NCBI GenBank assembly: GCA_040954595.2
Contig: CM082577.2
Coordinates: 8,085,846 to 8,149,845 of the forward strand
Direction: 5' to 3'
Length of the DNA: 64,000 nt
Source of the DNA: Balanoglossus misakiensis
Taxonomy: Eukaryota > Animalia > Hemichordata
Shown here: piece after piece, positions 52,896 to 64,000 of the stretch
Layout of the letters: the number at the start of each line of letters is the position of its first letter
Position numbering within the stretch: the first letter of the stretch is position 1
The notes under the pieces: generated by a model
Told to the model about the DNA's origin: nothing
Databases searched by the model: none
The model's input: the letters and a program-made list of their open reading frames with translations, nothing else
Made by a program: the position numbers and the translations under genes

Positions 52896-55800
52896 ATCAT
52901 CAAGTGAAAAATAAATTGATGGAAATATTGAAGTTTTATCATTGTGCTCTTAATTTTTTCTTAACACCTATATCAGCAACCCTTGGAAAGTCTCACTGCC
53001 AGTCCCATTGCCGACAAAGATGCCAGGACAGATGTCGGAGCCAGAGGGGAGACCAATGAGGCAGGATGTGGAAAATTTGCAGCGGATGGACATGAGGAAG
53101 TACATGTAGAGGAAGAATGGGGATTTGATGACAGCAGTCTCTATGCTAACATCGATCTCAGTAACATAGTCTCGGGTGCATTGAACTCAGGAAAGGAACT
53201 TTGCAATCATAAAGAGGTTTGTGAGGAACCGGAGGATGTCGCAGTTCAGGAACTTCAAAAGTGCAGTGCTGTCTGTAAAATCGCAGAGAATAGTTCTGGA
53301 AGACGCGAAGATCAAAGTTGTGCATTGGATTTCACTGAAGTTGATAAGGCTGGAAGGGGTGTTTCTCGTTCAAGACATCAACAGTGCAATAGGAATGATG
53401 GGAGAGAAACGATAGTATCAGCTGTGAGCAGTTGGTCACAAGACATCAAAACGAACCGTGATCCAATGAGTCAACATTTCTCTGAGGGCCATGATCTCAG
53501 AAATCAGAAGACTCACAGTAATAGAAAGACAAGTATAATGGGAGATGGTACTGAGAGCAAATCTGTAGGACCAGCAGACATTGACAAAGCAGGATGTTCT
53601 GCTGGTGGTGTTTGCGGGAACACTCCACATACTGTTCTGTCCATCAAAGAACGCATCAAGCAACGCCTGCAAAACAACGCCAAGACCAGCACGCCGAAAC
53701 TCAACAAGTGCCAGGAACTGAAGCGGGCGGAAGTAGAAAAGGCCATCAACATCGACAGAGAAATGGAAAACAAAGCCATGGACAAGGATGTGGGACCATT
53801 CTACGGATTGCCGAGTAAAGTCAAGGAGATATTGAGAACACAGAGAGGAATTAACCAGCTGTATGGTAAGACTTTGCTGTTTCAGGACAATTTTTTTCTG
53901 AACACACCCTTTTCATAAGTCTAGCGCCCTCATGCGGCCATCATGAAATTGAACTCAAAGTGAGGCCAATTGGGAAATCCCCTTGATGTGATTGGTCACC
54001 TTTCCCTGTTGGCGTCTTTTTGAGTGCAAATTCAATTATTAAAGACAGATTTCTTTTTATGCTATTTTTGACTACATTTAATATGTACATGTATTATTAT
54101 TATTTCTTTAACAGATTGGCAGACTTCATGCCTGACTTTACCAGCCGTCTTGGAAAGCAGAAACCTGATTTACTCCTTGCCAACAAGTGGAGGCAAGACC
54201 CTGGTTGCCGAGATCCTCATCATGCAGCAGTTGCTGTGTCACAAAAAAGATGCCATGCTTATTCTGCCATTTGTCTCCATTGTGCAGGAAAAGGTGAGTG
54301 TGTGGCATACAGCTGTTAGGACAGTCACCCCCTGGCCATTTACCATCAGGACACTCCAAACCCACAAGTAAAGGGCACGGTCACTCCACAGGGGGTGTGA
54401 CCGTGGTTGGGGATATGGTTAGGGTAAAAATGGCCAGGGGGTTATGCACATTCGAAACTACTAGTATAATACATGTAGTAGACATTGAAGGTTCATTGCC
54501 TGTCAATATACCAAAACAAATATTTCACATATCATAAACAGAAATCCATGGTGATATTTTTTTGACATCTTTTGCAGGTGAGGAGCCTATCACCATTCGC
54601 AGTGGAGTTAGGTTTCTTGGTTGAAGAATACGCAGCGAGTAAAGGGGCCATGCCCCCTAGGAAAAGAAGGAAGAAACAGACGATTTACATCGCCACCATA
54701 GAAAAGGCTCACAGTTTGGTCAACTGTTTGATTCAAGAGAGAAGAATCGGTGATGTAGGGCTAGTGGTCATTGACGAGGTACGCTCATATAAACTTACTC
54801 CTTTTCTCAATGCATTTCTCTAAAAATATAAGATAGAAAGTGGAGGATATTTCGTGCTTTTGGATTTAGGAAGCAGATGAAGTCGTAACTGATTTTAAAA
54901 TTGTGTGTTTAACAATGTGTGGCTGATTACTTTCTTCAAGGGTCAGTGGCAATTTGAAAACTTCAGATGTATTGATTTCCAATTTCATTAACAAATCCTA
55001 GATGCATTTACTTTCTTGCTGTTGGTAGCTTCAATTTTTTTTGGCCACCATATTTTCTCAACCTCAAAATGGAAATCTGACAAATGAGTTCTCAAGCTTT
55101 TGTTGACTTTTATTAAAATAGTCGATAGGAGGGGAATTATGTGACTTTTTAGAATGGGTGTTTTTTTGATGTACTACTAATTATCATATTCAGGTGTCAG
55201 TTGTTTTGAAACAGTCATAAATCATTTTTAGAAAATGAAAAGAAGATTTCATTTCTACCGACTTTGATCACCAGCTTCACATGATTGGAGAAGGAGGAAG
55301 ACGAGGAGCAACCTTGGAAATGACCTTGACAAAGCTAATGTACACCAAATTGGCACAAATCATCGGAATGAGCGCAACTCTCAATAACATCAGAGACCTG
55401 CAGGAATTCCTTCAGGCTGAGATCTACACAAGTAACTTCAGACCTGTGCGTATACTCATCTATCACTTTGCACTCTGACCCCCCCTGGTGATCTATGGCA
55501 TGATTTGGTAGTTTTTTTTATGAGCATGGCTGAAAGCGTTATGCTGGTGGTACATATTTTTTAAAGGCCCGCGGTCAACTTGTGTGCATGTGTGCAATTT
55601 CATGTGTACAAACGTTAGCATCCAACAACTAACAATTATTCTCCTAGATGATTCCATTATGTATTGTGGAAAGGGTGACATCATGCCACTAAATGTGATG
55701 TTTTGCACAGAACACTACAATCCTATATGCAAAGGACTACAAGTGACACACACTTAATGCTTTTGCCTATCTCATGATTACTCATACATCAATGATTACC

Positions 55801-56434
55801 CATCCATTGCTGAATTCGGGTAGACCAGGACCCAGAAGGTGGTAGCCTGAAAGTTTAACTTCAACAATAAAATTTGTCTTGTATTTAGGTTGAGCTGACA
55901 GAATATGTGAAGATTGATGACAACATCTTTCAGATCAATCAAAAAGCACTGTGTCCTGATGAGAAATTTGTACACGCCAGGACAGTACTATTCCCTGTAA
56001 GTGATTAAACTTCTTTATGCTAAATATAAAGTAACTCTAAAAAACGGGTGGTATTGAAATGTTCCCATTGTATATCCATTTTATGGTAGGATGTTTTAAC
56101 CCTTTCACCACCATGGTTCAGTCCACACCCATTGTTTTCTATGGTAAGGTTGGACCTCTAAAGAGGGAACTGGGGGTGAAAGGGTTAAATATAAAGTATG
56201 ACTTAGTGCAAAAAAGTAAAACTTGCATAAGCAGAATGTAAAGAGATGCTTTCTCACTTTTTCTGATTCATTCCTTCTCTTTATTCAGTACAAGACAGGG
56301 ATGTTGAAGGAGGATCCAGACCACCTTGCAGGACTGGTGATGGAAGTGATACCAGACCACTCCTGCCTCATATTCTGCGCAACCAAGAAAAACTGTCAAA
56401 ATGTTGCTGAGCTATTATGTCGGCTTCTCACAAA
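52177..56434 (+). CDS. HELQ: Helicase POLQ-like (HEL308), 5' part; 7 coding exons visible, 3' half beyond the window
   Basis: Exons 52177-52593, 52977-53865, 54115-54293, 54578-54778, 55275-55445, 55889-55996, 56289-56434 in frame. Motifs: [17 protein letters not shown], Walker [51 protein letters not shown]|[11 protein letters not shown] (DExH), [26 protein letters not shown]. The long disordered N-terminus favours HELQ over POLQ. Confidence 0.94.
52761..52901. repeat. (CAT)n(CAC)n(CAT)n trinucleotide repeat in a HELQ intron
   Basis: Visible array between exons ending 52593 and starting 52977. Confidence 0.97.
54327..54442. mobile_element. Degenerate palindromic MITE in a HELQ intron
   Basis: 15-bp inverted repeat ACCCCCTGGCCATTT / AAATGGCCAGGGGGT enclosing an inner hairpin CACGGTCAC...GTGACCGTG. 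Confidence 0.6.
56100..56184. mobile_element. piggyBac-like mini element (TTAA TSD, CCCT termini)
   Basis: TTAA|CCCTTTCACC...GGTGAAAGGG|TTAA inside a HELQ intron. Confidence 0.75.
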
Positions 56435-56568
56435 GTAGGTCAAGTAAAAGACTGAGAGATTCAGTTGTGTTCGGGTGGTGCTCCAGGACACACTGTCTAC
56501 TAGGGCCTTCGTAAATGTGCTGGAGCTCCCCCGCACAGGACTGAATCTTTTATTCCAGGTCCAGTCAT

Positions 56569-56744
56569 CAGTGTTTTTGTTAAGGGCGGTACCTAGGTAA
56601 ACTCTACTGGAGTTCCCCAGTCATTTTACTGGGGTTCCCCTGGGTGTATCAATGTACAATGTAGTTATATTAAGTGGGGTTGTAGAAATGTTACGGGGTT
56701 CCCAAATCCATTACCAATGTTCCCCAACCTTAGCAAAAACACTG
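56569..56744. mobile_element. MITE with CAGTG termini (hAT- or P-like)
   Basis: CAGTGTTTTTGTTAAGG ... CCTTAGCAAAAACACTG (one mismatch); CAGTCAT duplicated on both flanks (7 bp); internal GGGGTTCCC-like repeats. Confidence 0.75.
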
Positions 56745-57179
56745 CAGTCATGCTCAAACTTCTTTTGGTGACAAAAGCTTTTCACTTGAACCACAGTCCC
56801 TTTCTTGAGGGAGATGTCTTGAGGGACTGTGCTTGGACAAATCTTTTCTTGCTGTTTGTTATGTTTGTTTAATAATTAAAACATCCCAATTTCATGTTAA
56901 TAAGTAACTTGAATCCAGTCCAAGTTGGGAAATATGAGATACAGTAATTATGAAAAAATCAAGCAGTCTTGTTTTATGTAGATAAAAAATAAATGTATGA
57001 GTATCAGGTAATAATCATCACCTCTTGTGAGATAACACTGAAAGGAAACTGTGTTTTTAAAAGTTCTCCTGAGTAGTTTGTTAAAGAAATACCGGTAATA
57101 CCAAACTGATAGTTTTCAACTTTGGGTTTCTATGTGTTCTGGTGGTGGTCGTTCAATCATTGGAGAATTTTCATCAGGT

Positions 57180-58440
57180 TTACTGTGTCGCCTTCTTCCT
57201 AATCTTCATCGTAACCCTCTGGAGATGGTTACCGGCACCGCCGAAAGTTTCCCAGAACATTCCGTAGTACGGTCCGTTGAGGTTACTGTCTGCGCAGTTG
57301 CCATACCACCACCCCCCTTGGTAGAGCTCGGCGCAGTTGCTGGTCTCGCTCTGGTCGTTGTCGCGGTTACTGGTGCTGAACTCCCTCCTGTTGTGTCCCC
57401 TCCGCAGGGAGTCGCCGGCGGTTCCGTGGTAGTAGCCGACTTTGAGTCGGTAGTTTCGGTTCTCGGAGTCCACGTGGAACTTGTCGTACTTGGCCATGGC
57501 GCGCTGCCCGCCGTGATCCGCCATGTCGATGTGCAGCGCGTATTTCGCCTGCGACGTCAGGTGGTGGATCTGCTCGTTGCCCAGCCAGTGGGTGCCGTCG
57601 ACCTGGCCGAAGCCGTGTCGGTAGTGAGACCAGGTGCGGCCGAAGTAGACGCTGTCGTCTAGGCGACGTTGAATGACCGTCCACGCCTGGTCCCCATCGA
57701 TTTCACAGTACACCAGAATGGTGTGGTAGTTTTCAGGCGTGACTTCATGGACGCCACTGCTCATTGTCGGGTCCAGCTCGTACAGATCATCGCAGTCTGA
57801 GAATGAAAGGATTTTCTAACAATTGATAGTGATCATGCATAGCAAACAGTTGTTATAACGTAGAAATCGAATAATACGTACATGACAATAGATTTTAACC
57901 ATAGATGTTATTTTTATCATTGCATACAAAATATACTTCAATGCCCAGAAGGCATGGTTCTCCCCAGGAATTTTTGGCAAATTTGTGAATTTGACCAAAA
58001 TTACCATTTCATTGTAAGGTTGTTGGTTGTTTTGTTAATTTTTCTGCTTGATGTTATGTTTTGTTTGGCTATTTAGGGGGATTTGTTTACTTTGTAAAAA
58101 TAACATGTTTGTTGTTTTGCTCACCTCTGGGTGGTGCTGGCTTGATGGTGGTGGCCACAGTTGTACTTGGATCATCGTCCTCTGTGATCTGACAGCCACG
58201 CTCACTCAGCCTCTCCAGCTGTGCTCTCAGCTGCTGGAGCTCTGCCTCGAAATTGGAACAGTTGCACAGTTGCAGGCTGTCTGCAGTCATGGCCAGGACG
58301 TGGCCGCAGTCTCCAGTTTCGGGGTCGCATCGATATTCGTACTTGACGCAGGAATTGATGGTGGTCTGGCCAGCTGGGGTTCCAGCGCCGATTGTTGCAA
58401 TCAGACAACTGCTCAGCACTACAGCAGTTTTGAAATCCAT
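57180..58440 (-). CDS. Secreted fibrinogen-related-domain (FReD) protein, angiopoietin-like architecture, copy 1 (~310 aa)
   Basis: Exons 58440-58125 and 57796-57180 (phase-1 intron within the PR-DC motif). Signal MDFKTAVVLSSCLIATIGA, Cys-rich segment, coiled coil FEAELQQLRAQLERLSE, FReD motifs WTVIQRRLDDSVYF, HWLGNEQIH, GTAGDSL, FSTSNRDND, GGWWYGNCADSNLNG. Confidence 0.93.
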
Positions 58441-59434
58441 GTTTAAAGTTAAAAGCCACCTGTCATCAGTTTCAGAGAAATACAGTTGTTTTCTGAAGTG
58501 TTGATTTCACCCAAGACTGATCAAAATATGCACACCCCAGAAAGAGTAACCACTTCTGAAAGGCCAGTTCATGTGCATGTTTGTTGTGCTCTGTTGATAA
58601 ACGGGTTTTATCACTTGAGATCTGATCATGTCAATATCTTGACCCACACAAATATTTATGTTGTCAGCGCCAGGTGACCTTTGAACTGAGAGATACATTG
58701 TAATATAGCCAGCCAATCTGTACAGTGATTTGATGAAACCTGGATAACATTATGAGTATATAATACAGATGTAATTTGAACGTTCTGTCAACCAGCACTT
58801 CTAGCATGGAAAAGAAGTGCCAAGCATCATCAAATCAGACACATGCAGTTTGATACTCTAATACTTTATATCTTATTTTATTACTAATCACATGGTTGAT
58901 CACATCGTAAACAAGAACATATAGATGTAAATTGTTTTGTACTGGTATGTAATTGTGTTTATGATTTTATTATCTACATTTGTACATAGTGTACATGTAT
59001 TATCAGAGTGCAATTAATATTTTCCTCTAATGTTTCTCTCGCTCCCTTTCTTATAAAATATATGTTAGTTGTTTTTTTTTTACAAAGTCCAAGTTACAGA
59101 ACAGATCATTTCTACCTTTTGAAAGCAAAGAAAATAGATAAGTAAATGCTATTTATAGTAAAAGGAAAGACGTGACAGTGACATTTTGTCTTTCAGTATA
59201 GAGCCCCATGCAAAGCCTGTATATTAGAAATGAGAGGATCTCTGTTGTTAAGCCCGAGATGCTTCAGAAATACTGGCTGAAGTATTAATTAAACTCAGGG
59301 CCATGCAGAAAGATCTGCCTGAGGTTTGTAAGTCATTATATGAGTGTCCAACAGGTCTCAAAGTTACAGTGAGTTGAAATTGGGGTGAGGAATGCTTTGC
59401 ACGGGCTCTTGCAAATGTTTTTTGGCACGTTCCT

Positions 59435-61075
59435 TTATTTTCGTTGGATTTTCATGATGACCGTCTTTAGCGAATAGTGGTAGCCTCTCCACCCTCCCCA
59501 GTCCAGTCCGTCCCACCTGGCCATCGGGTACGGCCCTCCCTTGTAGTACAGACTGTTCAGATTGCTGTTGTAGCAGTCTTTGTACCACCATCCACCTTTG
59601 CACATGGACTCGCAGCTGCCGGTGGTTCGCTTGTCGTTGTCCCTGTCCAGGGTGCTGAAGAACTGTCCGTTGTGGTAACCGAGGGAGTCCCCCGCGTTGC
59701 CGGAGTAACCGCCGACGTGCAGACGGTAGTTCTCCGCCTCGGAGTCCAGCCAGAATTCCCGGTACTGCGCGAAGGCCTTGTTGCCCTCCCAGTCCTCCAG
59801 CTCCACCAGCAGCTTGTAGTCCGCCTGGTTCGTCAGGTGGTAGATCTTCTCGTTCCCCAGCCAGTACTCCCCCCGCCAGTTGCCGAAGCCCTGGCTGTAC
59901 TCGTGCCAGCCGCGCCGGAAGTTGACGGAGCCGTCGCTCCGTCGCTGGATGACCGTCCAGGAGTTGTCGTTTGAGAATTGGCAGTAGGCGTGGAACGACG
60001 AATGGCAACTTTTGGGTCGAAGGATGTAGACGCCGTTCTCTGTGTTGTTGTGGTCTCCTACAGCATCACAGTCTGAAAAAAAAAAACATTACGTAGTTTG
60101 TATAAATATAAAAGTTGTAACGTCACTTTCTGACAATGAATAAGCCTTGACATAATGATAAATCTCATCATCGGATCTCATAAAGTGTAAATGTACAGTA
60201 ATTAACCCAGGCTAAGTTGTGCCTCTATCTGTGTTTTGAAGTTTTGGCTATGTCACAGGTTATTCATCTGCCTTCAGTCAAACAACTGTCACTCCACACG
60301 CAGCTCAGTTCATTTGTTAATACCAGTGTATCACAGCTTTAAATTATATCATAGACCCTAGGAGAATGACCCTAGAGAGACTTTCTGGGGTCTATGTTTA
60401 TATCAACAACTTAGTGTTTTTGTCAGATATAAATGTACGTGTACATGTATACAATCATAATAATGCAAATGATCTGTATTAATGATTACCATGCAGAAAC
60501 CATTGGTTGTCTCTCTGTGTATGTGTCTATCTCCGAGTGTGTGTGTGTGTGTGTGTGTGGCTGGGTGTCTGTGTCAATTCATCGCATGAATGAGAATATC
60601 TGAAGATTTCATAGTACAGGCTTTTTAAAGCAGACAATCCTTGCCATTAGCCACATGCATATAAGCACAACAAAACAATTTTTGTCTGTAGGTTTATTAC
60701 TTATATTATGGTAGTAAACTGCATGATAATGCACTGGATAATATGACATAGATGTTTGAAATTAATACACTTGTATTTACCATAGAATCTTGGTTCGTTT
60801 TGACCGTAGGGCGATCCGGCATCCGAAAGCATTTTAGCGATCTGTAGTTGTTCATTCAGTCTGCTGAGCTTTCGTTCCTGTGTGCTGACCCGTTGCTCCA
60901 GTGATTCTATTTTCTCTGTGTTGACCGTACACTCCTCTCTGCCAGGCACTACGAAAGTGTAGTAGCAAGTGTCTTCATCGGTACCTTCCTCCTTGACCAT
61001 CTGGCCACACACATCGATCGATAGCAGCACGCTCGCCAAAACCCAGCAAGATAGAGCACCTCTGTAGTTGCACAT
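59435..61075 (-). CDS. Secreted FReD protein, angiopoietin/FGL-like, copy 2 (~310 aa)
   Basis: Exons 61075-60781 and 60072-59435 (phase-1 intron before DC). Signal peptide, CYYTFVVP motif resembling the angiopoietin/ANGPTL N-terminus, coiled coil IESLEQRVSTQERKLSRLNEQL, FReD motifs WTVIQRRSDGSVNF, EYWLGNEKI, ELEDWEGN, GNAGDSL, FSTLDRDND, GGWWYKDC. Confidence 0.93.
60537..60559. repeat. (GT)n microsatellite
   Basis: Visible in the FReD copy 2 intron. Confidence 0.9.
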
Positions 61076-62230
61076 GTTTTTTTCTCTCTTCCAGACAACA
61101 TGCAGATGTGTGTTGTGGTCAGGCTAGGTACAGACCCCCTAGAAAAAAAGTCAGCATTTCCTTTGTGGTCAGTGTTTGTGTAAGGCATAAGAAAACTATA
61201 ATCCTTAATTATACAGGGACAAAAGGGTCGAAAGGTCATGTACAGAATATGATAGGGTTTCCTTTTTTGTCGTCTTTCTGGTCAAATTCGGGGGGTGAAC
61301 CATTAGATGTCAGGGGAGTGATTGGAGAAAAAAATTGATCCAGAAGCAAACCATTTCATGGGTTTTTATGATTGCAGATATTTTCAATCATTTCTCTGCA
61401 CATGTCAAGTGTGGCTTCAACCGCACCTTGGAAGCAACCATGGAGGTCATGGAACCAACTGATGAGAAGAAATTAATCAGTAGATTATTGTAGACAATCT
61501 GTTGGCATTTACCTTTTATTTCGGAGGTGTGGACCTCACCTTTCTGTAACACTTGTCAGAAATACATGTATATAGATCCATCAAATATGTATCACCTGCA
61601 AAAAAATAAAAACTGATATGCTATATAACGTGGCAAACCTCCCTACAAGCCTAAAATACTGTAAAACACTTTATTTTCTCGAGCAATAAATTTTCGCGAA
61701 ATACGCGAGAGCCAAAATAGCATGAAAATTATAAAAAGTTGCGTAAATTTATTTGAAGATAATGATGCTCTGAATGAAATAAGAGAACACGAAAATTACA
61801 ACTCGCGAATATAAAGTAGTAACTAAAGGAAAATATCAAGTTGAGACATATCATATTATAACTTGTGGTATGAGAACACTGAACTTTTAGGGTAATCTGG
61901 CAGTATGTGTATTCAGGTGTTCAGTACATGCATCTCTCCAGATAATAATGCAATTTAACATGTAACCCCATACAAGACAATTACCAGTACTACAGGAATC
62001 CTTCTGATTGAGTAGTCTGGAGAACTGAGCTGATATTACAACTAAGTAATTATCAGATTTATCTTCATTAAATTGACTTACAAGATTATGATTTAATTGA
62101 AGAATTCAAAAAGGACTCCGGATGAGATGTGCTATTATGCATCCAGCAGCTGCTAAAACATGGTCACTGATGGTTGAACTTGTTCAGTTGCTGAGAAGTT
62201 GGAAATGAAAAGCCTCAGGACTGTGTGCTT

Positions 62231-63955
62231 TTAGTTCACTGCCTGTATTTTCATGGTGACCGATTTCAGGGAATAGAAGGACGACTTCCATTTTGTCCAC
62301 TGTATTCCGTCGTTTGACCTGGACTCGTACGGTCCACCTTCGTAGTACAGTCCGTTCAGGTTGCACTGCTGACAGTTGTCGAACCACCAAGCGCTAACCG
62401 TCAGATGTGCGCAGTTACTCTGTCCGTTTTTGTCGTTGTCCCTGTCTTTGGTGGTGAATTTCACGTTGTGATGGTAGGACAGGGCGTCTCCCGCATCGCC
62501 GGAATATTCGCCGACGTGGAGTCTGTACTTCTCGCTCTCGCTGCCGACCCAGAAGCGGTCGTAGTCGGCGTGCCGCGTCTCGTTTCTCCAGTCCTCCAGC
62601 TCGATCCTCAGCCTGTAGTGGCCCTGACCGGCGAGGTAGTAGATGTTGTCGTTTCCCAGCCAGTATTCGCCGCTGCGGTCGCCGAATCCTTCCTTGTAGG
62701 CGGACCAGTCCTTGAAGAAGTTGACGGATCCGTCGATGCGTCGCTGAATCACCGTCCAGGCGTCGGAGCCGTCGACCTGGCAGTGTGCGTAGAACGACCG
62801 TGGACTGTCCCAGGGTTTGAGTGCGTACACACCGCTGGTCATCCCAGGATTGGATTGGTAGACTTTACCACAGTCTGAAATATATAATGTTTTGCTCTTT
62901 TTTAAAAATCTCCAACTAAGGCTGCATTCACAAACACCTCTGGAGGGGGGGGGGCGGGAGAATTCAAATTTTTTTACCGCTAATTTTCACATGCCCCCCT
63001 TCCGAACTGCCAATATTTTCAAATCCCCCCCTTCCGAACTGCCAAAATTTTGAAATCCCCCCCCCATTTTCTTTCACTGAGCAAAACACATCACCTATCT
63101 ATCTTGTAAAAAGAAAAACAGCGCTCCCATGAAAAGAATTTGAAACTGATGTTTTCCCTCATCAGTGGGTATTAAAACTGAACATTGTTTTTATTTTTTA
63201 AGTACATATATTTGTATTCTGTGTTGGGAGACATTGTAAACCGAGAATTGAAGGGGGTGGGTTTGGGAGGGGGTGTCCCCCTCCCACGTAAGAAAATTTT
63301 CTAAAATACAGAGCTCAAAGCTGCATTTTAATGAACCCGGCAAAAGCAAATTAACTCAACTACCGGTATGTTGGGGAGGACAAATTTAACCGTCGCTGCT
63401 CAAAGTTATCATGGGGTGGGGGCAAGTCCCCTGACCTGGGATACTAGATAAACCAGTCAATGATTGAAAGGTGTTGATGAATGGAGGGGGTGGGTGTGGG
63501 AGGGGGTGTCCCCCTCCCACATTAGAAAATTTTGTAAAATAAAGGGCGCGAAACTGCATTTTTGTGGACTCAAAATAAATATTTAGTCGTTAAAGTTTTC
63601 AAGTCCCCCCCTTTCAGTCCCTAAATTATTTCAAATCCCCCCCCTTACATACCCTCAATTTTTTCAAATCCCCCCCCTCAATTCTCCCGCCCCCCCCTCC
63701 AGAGGTGTTTGTGAATGCAGCCTAACAAGTTTGTGCCCTGAGTACAATTAATCAGAAATGTTTGCATGAACAAGAACATTTCATGTTTGGAAGTTCTAAG
63801 TCTAGAATGCAGAAAAATTAGACAAGCCTTATCTAAAACAATGTGAGAATAAAAAAAAAAAAAAAACCCTTTTGGCCTTAATTTTGCAGGTTTTTACCCT
63901 TCTCTACAATAGTTCAGTCCAACTCACCCCTGTTGTTATAAATCATACCCTCAAC
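62231..63955 (-). CDS. FReD protein, copy 3 (5' part outside window)
   Basis: Terminal exon 62874-62231 (WTVIQRRIDGSVNF, EYWLGNDNI, ELEDW, GDAGDAL, FTTKDRDND, AWWFDNC). A probable 28-nt exon 63955-63928 (VEGMIYNNR, G|GTGAGT donor) joins in phase 1 to give RDC. Confidence 0.9.
62920..63722. mobile_element. Non-autonomous PIF/Harbinger-like element (~800 bp) in the FReD copy 3 intron
   Basis: TIRs GGCTGCATTCACAAACACCTCTGGAG(G)nCGGGAGAATT at both ends; TAA on both flanks (62917-62919, 63723-63725); internal ~80-bp direct repeat (~63250-63330 vs ~63484-63562). Confidence 0.87.
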
Positions 63956-64000
63956 CTTTGGCCAGTGTAGAAATAATTAACCCAGAAATCAAAATTCTCT

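Noticed and set aside
57132-62878. Plus-strand ORFs 57132-57662, 59477-59974, 62405-62878 and alternative-frame minus ORFs
   Set aside because: Shadows of the FReD exons; none contains HELQ helicase motifs.
1-64000. Prokaryotic systems (CRISPR arrays, operons, defence islands)
   Set aside because: Sequence is intron-containing animal DNA; no repeat-spacer array seen.

Overview
Eukaryotic (animal) genomic DNA with GT-AG introns, microsatellites and many small non-autonomous DNA transposons. Gene content and repeat style suggest an invertebrate deuterostome, possibly a hemichordate (inference only). About 1-34 kb has no protein-coding gene I can support. It looks like a gene desert or long 5' intron with MITEs, candidate enhancers and two candidate minus-strand non-coding first exons. 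From 34 kb the window is gene-dense. It holds: (1) a complete 4-coding-exon DHCR7 (+); (2) a 10-exon type I membrane protein with signal peptide, cadherin-like repeat, probable Ig-like region, EGF module and a short tail with no kinase (+); (3) a tandem family of three 2-exon genes for hairpin-transmembrane proteins with Pro-rich tails ending in PPSY, each preceded by a CSL/Su(H)-type site (+); (4) the 5' half of HELQ (+); (5) three angiopoietin-like fibrinogen-domain genes on the minus strand, apparently nested in a HELQ intron that runs off the window. Exon boundaries were read by hand and checked for reading-frame continuity. No database searches were possible.
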